A DNA stretch of 39,668 nt. It comes from Proteromonas lacertae (lineage: Eukaryota). Positions 13,437 to 25,914 of the stretch are shown one piece after another (position 1 is the stretch's first letter; every line of letters begins with the position of its first letter). The notes beneath the pieces are model-generated. The model saw only the letters and a list, made by a program, of their open reading frames with translations. It was not told the DNA's origin and searched no databases. The DNA lies in NCBI GenBank assembly GCA_002245135.1, contig NGBS01001211.1:1-39668 (forward strand), read 5' to 3'. The translations under genes were made by a program, and so were the position numbers.

Positions 13437-14334
13437 ATGGATTATGCCATTTCATTTACCCCTAATACGGTTTGGAAACAAGTCTATTATAGAAATTTCA
13501 AGAATAAAAACTCAAAGCATGTGCTATGCTTCCCAGATCATAACATAGGTGGTCATAAAGTATATACAATTTCTTTAACACAATTAGAATATGGAATTTT
13601 GTGGTAGATCAGTATCTGTTAATGCTTCATATCCAAAGAGTGAAAAAGTACTGATATGTGCTAATTTCGCTCGATATAACGAATTAGACAATGAAATAAA
13701 GGTAAATAATATGATAACATATGAAAAACTAAAGAATAAGAAAAATAATCTATATCCTTATTACTTTGGAATAATTACACGAAATCACAAGATATATGAA
13801 ATCAATTCAAAATTAGATGCATGGACAATGAATGATAGGCTATCAAGAGACTATCCATTATACTCATTCAATGTTTATCTATTAGTCAAAGTGAATAATA
13901 CAAAAAGTAATTATAAATGCATGTGTATGGCAAAATCACCATCATTTAGTATTATATCATCCAGAAGGAATAGATACTCAAAAGCAGAAAAAGAACTGCC
14001 TTCTTTTGATGAAATTAATGATGATGATACTTTTGAGTATAACAGTTTATTGCCTCCATTAGAGCAAACTTTATCTCCTAAAAATGTTGCTTCCAAAAAA
14101 ATAATTGATTGTGAAATAGTTAGTGGTGAAAATTTATATGATTATGAAATAAGAGTTAAAGATAGTGATTTAATGAGTAGAGTTGAATTAACTTTCTTTG
14201 GTTTGACGTTGGATGAAGCAAGACAGAAAGCCAAAATAGGATATGAATATTTAGATAAATATGGTAATAAACATGTAATGAAAGCTGATTTTAATGAAGA
14301 AGGATGTGATGGATATTTAAAATTGTATGAATAA
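13437..14334 (+). CDS. Uncharacterised protein with a stramenopile-type Cys/His domain (W..Y.RN.K...K...CFP...GH...FCG...SPSFSIISSRR); possible DNA-binding protein
   Basis: ATG 13437 and 28-nt intron 13560-13587 put exon 1 (MDYAISFTPNTVWKQVYYRNFKNKNSKHVLCFPDHNIGGHK) in frame with ORF 13591..14334. The gene model is solid; the function is inferred. Confidence 0.7.
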
Positions 14335-14354
14335 ATTTAATTGTAAATTTGATT

Positions 14355-14374
14355 TATATATATATATATATATA
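14355..14374. repeat. (TA)n microsatellite between convergent 3' ends
   Basis: Run of about 9 TA units in the 89-bp gap between stops at 14334 and 14424. Confidence 0.7.
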
Positions 14375-14423
14375 AAGTATTGGTAAAAAGAATAAAACAT
14401 ACATTGTAAATATATAACAAATT

Positions 14424-16042
14424 TTATTTTTTAAACTTTTTATTCACTTTCTTTTCACTTTTATCCCAATCACCATCTCTTTCCCTCTTATGTTTTGCTA
14501 ATGCTTCTTCCATTGCTTCTTGTTGTTGTAATGGATCTATAGTAATATAATTATCATCATTAGGATTATAACTTGTATCACCTGTTCTATAGAAATCTTC
14601 AAAATGTTTCTTTAGTTTTAATTCATGTTTCATCCATTCATCTCCTTCTTCATCTTTATCATCATCGTCATCTTTTGGAGCTTCTACTGGAGGTAAAAAA
14701 GTTCCATTCTCTTCATATCTTTTACCAGTATTTATATCATTTTTTATTACTCTTACTTCCACTTTTTCTCCTTCATCATCTTCATGTTTTACTTTTGGTT
14801 CTGGCATTATTGCTTTTTGAGTTTCTTCGAGTTTTGATCTGAAATTATTTAATCTTTCCATAGTCTATTTTAAATTAATTAATATATTTATTATACTTGA
14901 TCTTCAGTATGATATCCTCTTTCTTTTCTTGTTTTATATTTTGCTTTCATTTTCTCCCATTCAGTTAATTCTCTTTTCTCTTTCTTTTCTTCATCTATAT
15001 TTTTACCTAATAATTTATCTCTTGCTTTTTTTGTTTCAAGTTTTAGTTTTTCTATTTCTAAAGTTCTATTTTGACGTTCTTTTTCTTCTTTTTCATTATC
15101 AGGTTGATATTCTTTGATCTTCTTTTCTAATTCCTTTTGCTTCTCTCTCATCTTCTCCAATGCATTTTCATTTTCATTGTTACTATTACTACTGTCAAAT
15201 TGACGATTTATAATCTTCTTTTTAAATTCATTTTCTTTCACTTTTTCATTTTTCATACTATCTAATTCTATAGCCAATTTCTTTTGTAACATTGGATCAT
15301 CCGTTAAAACATCATGTGCACTTTTAATACCACGAAAATTAGATTTTGTAATTATTTCTTCTTCATCTTCAGCTTCATCTCCAAATGACAATAACTTTAG
15401 ATTTTTAACTGATTTTATTTTTAATTTCTTATTTCTATTATTATCCGTTTCTTCTTCATTATTTTCCTTATCTATTGTCTCATTGTCAATATTTTCATTT
15501 TTCTTAGTTATATTCCTTGGATATATATCATCAAATGGTAAACTCAATACTTCTGTAGTTTTAAGTATTAATTTTCTTTTTGGTCTTTCTTCTACTGTTT
15601 CTACATTTCCTGCTTCAACTACATTATAAATTGTGTTTCCTGTTACTTTACCAAATATTGTATGTTTATTATCCAACCATTTTGTATCTTTTAATGTAAT
15701 AAAGAATTGACTTCCATTTGAATTTGGTTCTGTATTTGCCATTGCAACTATTCCTCTATGTGTGAACTTCAGACGAGTGTGAAATTCGTCTTTGAATGGC
15801 TTGCCATATATTGATTCACCGCCTGTTCCTGTTCCAGTTGGATCTCCTCCTTGAATCATAAAATCTTTTACTACTCTGTGAAATATTGTATTGTCATAGT
15901 ACCCTTCTAAACATAGTTGAACGAAATTTCTCACTGCTAAAGGTGCTTCTTTTGGCCATAACTCTATATCAACATCACCAAAAGATGTGTGCAAAATAAC
16001 TTTACCTTTAGTTGAAGGCTCTGATGAATAAAATAATGACAT
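14424..16042 (-). CDS. CWC27: Spliceosome-associated cyclophilin CWC27
   Basis: EPSTKGKVILHTSFGDVDIELWPKEAPLAVRNFVQLCLEGYY...FKDEFHTRLKFTHRGIVAMAN, LLSFGDEAE and C-terminal WMKHELK...YITIDPL motifs. A 32-nt intron 14896-14865 joins the two ORFs in frame. Confidence 0.95.
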
Positions 16043-16156
16043 TTATTTCAATATAAAAATATTTATCTGTTTATAGAATTATTAAAATAAAAAAATAATA
16101 GTTTGATTATAAAATAAGCTCGGTCAATGTCAGAATGTCAATCAACGGTAAGAAAG
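16043..16156. promoter_or_regulatory. 114-bp bidirectional promoter (CWC27 / lectin) containing TAAGCTCGG
   Basis: Divergent ATGs at 16042 and 16157; motif at 16115-16123. Confidence 0.55.
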
Positions 16157-17426
16157 ATGAAATATTTTTTTCTTTTTCTCATTATAGTAAGTGTAATTAA
16201 AGCTGGTATATGGTTGATCTTATATATATCAACATAGATTTTAACTATCCCACATTTGATATAACCCATGGTCTTGATTTTGTTAGAAATGCTACTACCA
16301 CAAGCTGTAATAGTAATACAAAAGTATTTTCATATATAACATTTAACAAATAGTATTATTATCGTGATGAACATGGCTTAAATGATTATAATAATGTTAC
16401 TGATTTACCAGAGATTGTATTCTATAGGACATATAGTTTAAATAGACTACAAACAGTCCAAACAGTAAAACTGAAGAAATAGTTATGCATAATCCAGAAA
16501 ATGAAACAACCACTTCAAATCCACATATTGAAGCTTCATTTTATAACAAAGATGAATATCAAAGATCACCTCAAGATGGATGTGATGTTAGGTTAAGATT
16601 AACATCCTCAGAACCTCATGAAAGTGGCGCAGTATGGAGACAAAATCAATTTCCTATATTAAGAAACTGGAAATGTGGATTTACTTTCCAAATAACTGAT
16701 TTATCCCAACATTGTGAAGTTCATCGTGATGCATCATTCTTACAAAAACATAAAAGCTGTGCCGTATATGGTGGTGATGGATTTGCATTTGTTATTCAAT
16801 CAGATTTAGAAACAAAAAACAGTTCAATTGGTTCATCAGGCAGAGGGATTGGATATGAAGGAATAATGAATTCTTTAGCTGTAGAATTTGACACATTTTA
16901 TAATCCTGATGTTGGTGATATATTACCAGATCATATATCAGTACAATCGAAAGGAAAAGATAAAAATTCAGCTGATAAAGATGGAAGAATTGCTGGTCCA
17001 AAGCCTTATCCTAACTTGAGTAATGGAAATGTACATAATGCTACAATACAATATTATCCTTATATTAATATGGATTTTGTTGATTATTTTACTGCTACAA
17101 ATGAATTATTGAAGTATTTAAAAGATAATGATGAAGGAATGAGAGTTGGTACAATGGTTATTTATGTTGATGAAGATGAAGAAAATGAACCATTTTTAGC
17201 ATTTCCTATTAATTTATCAAAGACTTTGAGTTTATCAGATGGTTATGCATATGTTGGTTTTACTTCTTCGACTGGTAGAAGATATGAAAAACATGATATT
17301 TTATCTTGGTATTGTTGTGCTACAAAAGAATGTAATATTGATAAGAATAAGTATTTTGATTATCATGATAAGGATATTATCAATGAAGATATAATAGAAA
17401 CACAAACAGATGAAACTCATTCATAA
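16157..17426 (+). CDS. Secreted legume-type (ConA-like) lectin domain protein
   Basis: Signal peptide MKYFFLFLIIVSVIKA; introns 16206-16237, 16324-16353 and 16417-16445 give a continuous frame into ORF 16485. Motifs GGDGFAFVIQ, GIGYEGI, SLAVEFDT, AYVGFTSSTG, HDILSW. Confidence 0.9.
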
Positions 17427-17557
17427 TTAATTTTAAATATTTTTATTTATTTTTAAAATGTTTTTTTTTTTCTTCTTAAAAACAAAGATTATCTAACAAG
17501 TTTTATATCACATTTCTCTTTTTATCAAATACTGAATATATATTCGTTATATTACTG

Positions 17558-19189
17558 ATGAGGCTGAAAAAGACTGCAAAAGCTATTTATTTAAATACAC
17601 ATTCTTTTAAAATCATATTAACAAGTTTAAATAAGTGATAATAATGTTAAATTCTGTCATTATCCAAGGAATATAGGCCAATATACCGTTGTTGCTATTA
17701 ATATAGTATATTTATGATTATAGTATATTGTAGGTATATAGTTTGATATTATTGGCTTTTGGAATATTTTTATTTAATAAATCATCATCTATGGGTATTT
17801 TTTATATTAAAGTGTGACGAATTAGGTTTTAACATCATTCCAAAAGAAGCTGGAGTATATCCTCTAGTAGGAATGATTTATACAATAATATCAACAGTAA
17901 TATTTATTTATTATGGAGAATCTATATTCTCTCGAGAATTAACTACAAAAGAGGAATTTTGTGTTGTTACACCTTACTTAATCACAGTTGCAGTTATGTT
18001 ATATGGTGATTTTAGGTCAATTTCAAATGAAGCATTGGAATGTATATAAAACAATGATGCTATGTTGTGGAAATATGACAGACTCTGAAAAATGTGATTT
18101 TATGGAGAAATATGGATGTGAATCATTATATATAACAACAAATGAATTTTCTGGTATAATATTAAATATAAATTTTATCTTTGGATTGTTTATAATGATT
18201 AGCGTTGTGATGAAAGTATATATATAATATTATATTATATTACATAGTTATTGCATGGTACATTTACGATAAAGATGTTAAAAAGTGAAGGTAAAAATAT
18301 CTGAAGAAGTAATTGAAAATGAAAAACTATCACAAATTGCAGATAGAATCAAATCTCAAGGAATCGAATCAATAAAAGAAGAACTAAAGAAAAAAACAAA
18401 CAAAAGAAGTTGTTTTAAAATTACAGATTTATCAATATATAATAGAAGACTGTATTATATATCTGGATTATTGAGTGTATAAATATCAACAATTTGTATT
18501 AATACTTTGTAGTTAATATCTGTGATATATATTTCACATGTTGTATATGAATTAATTCGCAGTTATAATACAGGCTATAATTTATTATCAAAGAATATAT
18601 ATATAGTTGAAGTGGTGTTTTCAATACTTCTATTGATTTATGCAGTTAATTTCAAGATAGTATATAGTAAATTTAAACAAAACAAGAAAGAAGGTTATGA
18701 TTTATTTATTTTTATAACAGATATATTAATTACGATAATAGGAACTTACATGATTATTTATAGACTTTATGGGAGTAATATCTCAAATTATTCTGAAACA
18801 TATGATAATTGTTGCATAAATCATATTGCATCTAGTAAAGTGTAATAATATTATATATATATATATATGTACATTATAGTGTAATTTCTTAAAAGAAAAT
18901 GATTGTAAAAGTATTGATAATTATTTAAGGGCTATACCTATAAGACTACATATATCAATTCATAATTATATAAATATTGGAGTATTATCATTATATTATG
19001 TTATTCTTGTATGACTTTTACTTATTATTGGATTATTAGTTGCTTGCATCTCTTTTGAAATATACCACAATACAAAAAGAAAGAGAAAAAAGACAGGAAT
19101 TTGAAAGAAGATTAATAAAACTTGGATATGAAGATGTAGTGAATGAATGTCATAATGAGAGTTTTTTGTTGAGTGATTATGATAATTAA
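17558..19189 (+). CDS. Multipass membrane protein of unknown function; 5' end uncertain, frame disrupted (errors or pseudogene)
   Basis: Introns 17706-17733, 17795-17825, 18216-18247, 18477-18512 and 18840-18879 link several hydrophobic ORF segments. Frameshifts near 18037 and 19086-19091, plus an in-frame TGA at 19012-19014. Confidence 0.55.
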
Positions 19190-19437
19190 TAAATTAATTA
19201 TAAATATAACTTAAATATCATATTATAATCATTATTTGTATGTTATGTAATATAAGTATGGGATTGAATCAAGATATTTCATCTTCGTTTCTTAATTAAA
19301 TTAATCACACTTTAATATTTTATTCCGTCATTCGAAATACAATAACATAAAGATTTATATTTTGTTGTAATTGTTATTAAAAAAAAAACACAGATTAACT
19401 AATATGTGATTAATTAATTATTAATCTTCTATTTAGT

Positions 19438-22400
19438 TTATTTCAAATTGTATTTTCTAGAGAACCATTTAAGTGTTTCATCAATAATAACTACAGGGAA
19501 TGACCAACATAACACTAAGAATAATTCCCAAATATCTAATGGATCAACTTCAAAGATGGTATTTAGTACTGGAATGTATAAAATAGCAAAGTGTAAGCCA
19601 AATGACATTGCCATAGCAGCACAAAGATATAAATTCTTCCAAATTGGAACAACAAATAAACTCTGATCTTCAGATATTGAATTCATAGCATTAAACATTT
19701 CAATTGTAACTAAAACAGATAATGATAAAGTAGAAGCTTTTTCTTTACCAGTTTGGAAATAATCACATGCATTTCGTAATTTATGATAACCAAAGTCCAT
19801 ATTCACAGTGAAATTTTCCCATTGTGGACATTCAGCCCAATTTGATAATTGATGCCATGTAACTAAAGTGTGATTATCTTCATCTTTGAAGTATAAGTAC
19901 CAATAAACGAATATACCAACTGTTGCAAAACCAACATATAATCCAATAACACAATATCTGAATAATACCCATTTGGAGATTAAACTTTCATCTTGAGATC
20001 TTGGTGGTTTTTCCATAGCATGTGGGTCAGATGGATTAAATCCTAATGCAGTAGCTGGAACACCATCTGTAACTAAATTTACCCATAATAACTGAACTGG
20101 AATTAAACCTTCAGGTAAACCAAGTAAAGAAGTCATAAATATAGATACAACTTCACCAATATTACTAGATATTAAATATCTAATAAAAGCTTTCATATTT
20201 TGATAAATAGATCTACCTTCTTCAACAGCAGCAACAATAGAAGTGAAGTTATCATCAGCTAAAATCATATCAGCAGCTTCTTTAGCAACTTCTGTTCCAC
20301 TAATTCCCATTGCAATACCAATATCAGCTTGTTGTAATGCAGGGAGCATCATTTACACCATCACCAGTCATTGCACAAATATTTCCTAATCTCTTTAATA
20401 AAGAAACTAACTTCTGTTTATCCATAGGTTCAGTTCTAGAGAATACTCTACCACCAGTTCCTTTTAATAATCTCAATTGTTCATCTTCTTTCTTTTGGAA
20501 GAATTCTTGACCTACAAATGATTTCTCTTTTACATCTTCATCTGGTGTAAATATACCAATTTCTCTAGCAATAGCATTAGCTGTTGTTTGATTATCACCA
20601 GTAATCATAATCACTCTAATGCCAGCTGATTTACATAATTGAATACTGTCTTTTACTTCTAATCTTGCTGGATCTTTAATACCAACTAAACCACAGAAGA
20701 CTAAATCACTTTCAATATTGATGAAGTTATCAGGTTGTAATTGTTTATGTAATGGATGATCTTTACCTGTATAGTTGTTCCAATCACCCATCTCCTTCTT
20801 ATAAGCAAAGCCTAAGGTTCTTAATGCATCATTGGCAAATCCATCGATTGTATCCATTATTAATTTCTTACCATATTGATTTAATTCGACCACTTGTCCA
20901 TTTTCTAATTTGATGTATTTACATCTTTCAATTAATCTTTCTGGTGCTCCTTTTACTAATAATTCATTATTATTATTCTTTCTAACTATTACAGACATTG
21001 ATTTTCTATTTCTATTGAATTCTAAAGTCACTAATTTCTCATAATCTTTTTCCCAGATATTTCTAGTAGCATTGCACATGTGTGGTGGATTTTTTGGATG
21101 ACCAGCTGTACAACCTAATTTTTCAACCATTGTTCTTAAAGCAGCTTCAGTAGGAGGTCCAGATGCAATGAATTTACCTTTTTCTACTTCAAATTCTACA
21201 CTTGCATCATTACATAAACTACATATTTTAGATATATCATTCAAATTACTTGATTCAATAAATGATTCAGGTAAATCAGCAATTTCACCTTCTGGTTGGT
21301 AGGAACTACCTGATACTTTGTGTGTTAATATTAAACCTTCTTTATCACCAAAATGAGCTAATCTAACTACTGTCATTTGATTGGTTGTTAATGTTCCAGT
21401 TTTATCTGAACAAATTACAGTTGTACAACCTAAAGTCTCAACAGATGGTAATTTTCTAACAATACAATTTCTCTTTGCCATTCTGCTAGTACCTAATGAT
21501 AAACATAATGTAATAACAGCGGGTAAACCTTCTGGAATTGCTGCAACACCTAATGAAACGGCTATTTTTAAATAATAAATAGCTCCTCTGATTGTTCCAC
21601 CATGTAATGGATCTGAGAAGTTTGGAATATTCATTAACCATACGATTACACAGATTATACCAATACCATAAGCTAAGGTATTACCAAATTCATCAATTTT
21701 CTTACCTAATGGAGTTTTTTCTTCTTCTTCTTTTGCTTTCATTACACCACTTTGGATTTTACCAATTTCAGTATTCATACCTGTAGATACTACCATACAG
21801 ATTGCTTTTCCATTGACAATTGTTGATCCTGAGAATACCATATTGAATTTATCAGAGATTACTGGATTTTCTTTAGTTACTACATCTGGTCTTTTGTCTA
21901 TTTCCTTCACTTCACCAGTTAATGAGGATTCATTGGTTCTGAAAGAGGTTGATGAGAGATTTAATAACCTACAATCAGCTGGAGCTTTATTACCAACCAT
22001 TATTTCAACAATATCACCTGGAACTAAATCAGAAGCTGGTAATTCGGGAATTAACTTACCATCTCTTATGCATTGAGCATGTTCTGATTGCATTTGCTTA
22101 AGAGCATCTAATGAATTTTGAGCATTGTTTTCTTGCCATACTCCCATTATGGCATTAGCTATTAAAATTGCTAAAATGACAAAAGGCTCAATAAATGCAG
22201 TAATTCCCTCTTTTTCGAGGTCTTCAAAAAATGCTAAAATAAATGATAAGAAAGCTGAAGCAAGAAGGATTTGTACTAAGAAATCTTGAAATTGAGCTAC
22301 AACCATCTTCCACAATGGTGTTTTTTCTTCTTTTGCAAGTTCATTTGGTCCGAACTCTGCAATTCTTCTTTTAACTTCTTCTGAGGTCAATCCGTCATTA

Positions 22401-22509
22401 ATGGATGTTTTGAAATGCTTCACACACTCCTCTACAGACCTCGTGCAGACAGGAAAGTTTGGATCAATCGACCTATTGAATTATAATCAAAACTTGATGA
22501 GTCATACAT
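19438..22509 (-). CDS. SERCA: SERCA-type P2A Ca2+-ATPase
   Basis: [59 protein letters not shown] motifs. Start is AT|G across a 35-nt intron 22507-22473 ([21 protein letters not shown]). One extra base at 20342-20344 splits the ORF. Confidence 0.96.
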
Positions 22510-22648
22510 TTGAAACTTGTAGAAATTTGATTGGAAGATGTATTGAGTCGTTACATCCCCATTTTTTGAATATTAGTTTTTACATAGAGCTACTACAGTA
22601 TCTAATGTTTTTTTTTCGTGATGAACATAAACATATTTATAAAAATAT

Positions 22649-23951
22649 TTATAGTTTTTTTGGTTCAGATAAATCATCATAAAAATTGTCATCAGGTATT
22701 GTCTCAATATCTTCATGATTCAATTCATCTATTGCTTGAATATCTTGAGGTATTTGATTTTGATTCAGATTTTGATCCATTTCTTCACTTTTATAACTAC
22801 TTCTAACTGATCTATTCAGTTTCAATCTAGGATCTGGTTTATATGGTACATATTCAGGACTCATTTTCAGTAAATTAATATCTACTAGATTTTTATCCAT
22901 ATTCTTTCTTCCAAAAGTAATTTCTGATGTTACTAACTCTTGTGTTTCTTGCTCTAACAATTTACTATACTGTTTTTCTTTAACTATCACAACAGGTTCA
23001 ATCACTGAATCTAAATTAATTCTATCTTTCTTTCTCAACTGGAAGCCGAACTTATTTTTAGTTGTATCTTCAGGTATTATTCTACTATCAGTAATCTCTA
23101 AATACGTATCTATCTTTACATCCAATTCATCAACTAATTTTGTCATTTCCCTATATTCCTTAGTAGTACTTAATTTCTTAGTTAATTGTATCAAATCATT
23201 ATCTTCTTCATGAATCAAACCTTTGATTTGATACTTCTCAGCTGCTTCTACCATCTCAGCTTTATCAACATATTTAGTCACTGGAATACTACTTACTATT
23301 TGTTTTAATTCTTCTGTAACGATTCCATGATTGGCGAAGTAATGTAATCTTACTTTTCTACCCATTTCTAAATTACTTAAGTATGGTAAATAACCCATAT
23401 TTTGAGCTTTCTTTATTTCGTGACTAATTCTTCTTTGATGTTTTGCACATAAACCACTATACAATATATAATAATAATAATAATAATATTTATACGTTCT
23501 AGTACGGGGTAGTATTTGTCCATATGCTGTGAGAAATAAATCTAAAAAATCAGGATTCTATGAAGAATATATATTCTAATTTCAGTATACTAGATAAGTT
23601 ATATCACATTCTCTTACACTGCAACATAAACATGCTTTCTTTTTGTCTTTTGATTTCTTTCTTGGAAAAAGAGGTAGACTATCATCAAAATTTGTTATAT
23701 CAAGTCTATTAATTAATGTATCTGATTGAAAAGAGATGATACGGTCTTGTTTTATCTATGTTTGGATTTATTGACTTAAGATTATCATCAAAAAATTGAT
23801 TGTGAGTTTGTGATGGAGTTGATGCATTTGTCCTAAAATCTTATTTCATATCATAATACGTTAAACATCTTAGAAGTGTATTGGACTTACATTTTGATAA
23901 ATTCTTCAGATTTGATGATAATGAATGAGAAAGAATATTAATTCGCTTCAT
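22649..23951 (-). CDS. MRPS18: Mitochondrial (organellar) ribosomal protein S18 with N-terminal presequence and long C-terminal extension
   Basis: Introns 23859-23833, 23742-23706, 23590-23558 and 23495-23457 give CLCCSVRECDITYLNPDFLDLFLTAYGQILPRTRTGLCAKHQRRISHEIKKAQNMGYLPY, the bS18 core. N-terminus MKRINILSHSLSSNLKNLSKCKSNTLLRCL is basic, Ser/Leu-rich and acid-free. Confidence 0.88.
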
Positions 23952-24135
23952 TGAATTTACTATTCCACATAAAAATATATAAATAGCATTATACGTTTTG
24001 AAAGCATCTATAACACACAAAAATAAAAAAATGAATAAAAAGATTTGATAGGAATTCAAGCTTCTATATATTAAATCTATTTCTCTCATTACACAAAGAT
24101 ATTAAATACAACTAATTAATTAAATAACGTTTATA

Positions 24136-25408
24136 TTAAAATAGAGGATGTTTTGCTGAGTAGCTTTTATCATGAGCTAACTTCTTTCCAAAACTATCAA
24201 ATTTACCTTTGTTTACATCTTCAGTAGTATAACCCCAAGCTCCATCGCCTCTTCCATACCTAGATTTAATCCATGGAGGGTCATTCTCTTTTACTATCCA
24301 TAGATAGTTTAAAATCTAATTTCTGTAGTCTAAGCTGTTCATCTTGTTCTCTCAATGCTTTTTTCGAAAATGTTTTCTTATATTTATTCCTATCAATACC
24401 AAAATCCTTCTTTTTATCAGCTTTCGTTTGATCCAATACAGTTACATTGGGACTATACCTCACAGGAGGTGGTGATTTCGAAGGTGATGTTAAATCAGGT
24501 ATAAGTGGTAATAAAGGTACACTACTATTATACTGTAATTCATTTTCTTCAGGAATTTTTGTATTTCTTTTAATACAACTTTTCACTCTCACTTTATTCA
24601 TACTTTTATAACCTACTACTTTCTTAACAGATGCTTCTTCTTGATTTACTACTACATAGGCTGGGATTTTACCATAATAACCTTTCTTTACATAACTTCG
24701 AATATATGACACTGGAGGTGGTGCTACATCCTGTTGTATTTTTTCCCTAAGTTTCTTTGATTTGTGAATAATCATTTCTGGTGTTACTTCTAACTGTTCT
24801 TCTTCTACTACTGGTTTATCTAAATTTGTTGCTGCATATTCCATTGCTCTACGAATTGCTAATACACTTTCATTCTTTTCGGTTAATGGATTGTGTAAAC
24901 CTTCTAGAAGTTGAATTCTTCTATATCTTGCTACTAGTGATTGAATTGATAACAGTTTTGGATCACCATAAGCTCCACTATCTAATAAAGCTAACATTTT
25001 CACTATAGGATGAGTCTCATAATTAGTACCAAACAATTGAACGAATTCTTCGAATTGTAACTCTCCATCTCCACTATCATCAACTTCAGCTATCATTTTC
25101 TCTACCTCATGGACTGTTTTTGCTAAACCTAAAGATAATAAAGGATCAACTAATTCATCTGCACTAATAGTTCCTGAACCATCAGCATCAAAACAATTAA
25201 ACCATTTCTTTAGATCTCTTAACCTATTTTGCTTTTCTTTTAATATGTCATACTTCTTCCTGTTATGTTCTTTTAACCATCTCATTTCTTCAGCCTTTTG
25301 TGTAATTGCTAAATTCCTTTTCCTCTGTAACTCAGCATCATCATCTTCTTGGAACACTTTCCTCCATATCTGCTGATTTATGGGGTTTACATCTGCTTCT
25401 TCTGACAT
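24136..25408 (-). CDS. EF-hand pair calcium-binding protein
   Basis: Canonical loops DADGSGTISADE and DDSGDGELQFEE; first ATG at 25408. A +1 indel at 24289-24292 probably hides a further ~50 codons (ENDPPWIKSRYGRGDGAWGY...KHPLF*, stop at 24136). Confidence 0.82.
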
Positions 25409-25559
25409 TAAAAACAGTTTTATCAATAATATCGTTTCATTTCAAAATAATTTTGAGTTTTTTTACTCTAATTCTATATTTGTTATTCAAATTTATTATG
25501 AATGATTCTAGTAAGCTCGGCTTGATATATACTTTTTAAATTCTTCATTTTTTTCATTA
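25409..25559. promoter_or_regulatory. 151-bp bidirectional promoter (EF-hand / UBL5) containing TAAGCTCGG
   Basis: Divergent ATGs at 25408 and 25560; motif at 25512-25520. Confidence 0.55.
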
Positions 25560-25809
25560 ATGATTGAAGTAATATGTAATGATCGTATGGGAAAGAAAGT
25601 CAGAGTAAAATGCAATCCAGATGATACTATTGGTGACTTAAAAAAATTAATAGCTGCTCAAATAGGTATTGTTTGACTATTTTAGTTATATAGGAACTGA
25701 ACCTGATAAAATAAAGTTACAAAAATGGTATACTATTTTCAAAGATCATATTACTCTGGAAGATTATGAAATTCACGATGGTATGGGAATAGAAATGTAT
25801 TACAATTAA
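25560..25809 (+). CDS. UBL5: Ubiquitin-like protein 5 / Hub1 (73 aa), missing from the ORF track
   Basis: [73 protein letters not shown] with 28-nt intron 25666-25693; characteristic C-terminal YY. Confidence 0.97.
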
Positions 25810-25914
25810 TTTATTATTATGCTTTTGTTTTTGTTTTATATGAATGTTTTTTATTACTCTTAATTATCATAACTTCATTTATAATCTTAACATTTAACAA
25901 ATAGATCTATATAT

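Noticed and set aside
2100..20344. Programmed +1 frameshifting at stop codons (e.g. AAA TGA at 5089-5084, Euplotes-like)
   Set aside because: In SERCA the conserved DAPALxxADIG requires the shift at the CCC run (20342-20344), several codons before the stop. Most shifts lie in homopolymers, go in both directions and are denser at the window ends, which is the signature of long-read indel error.
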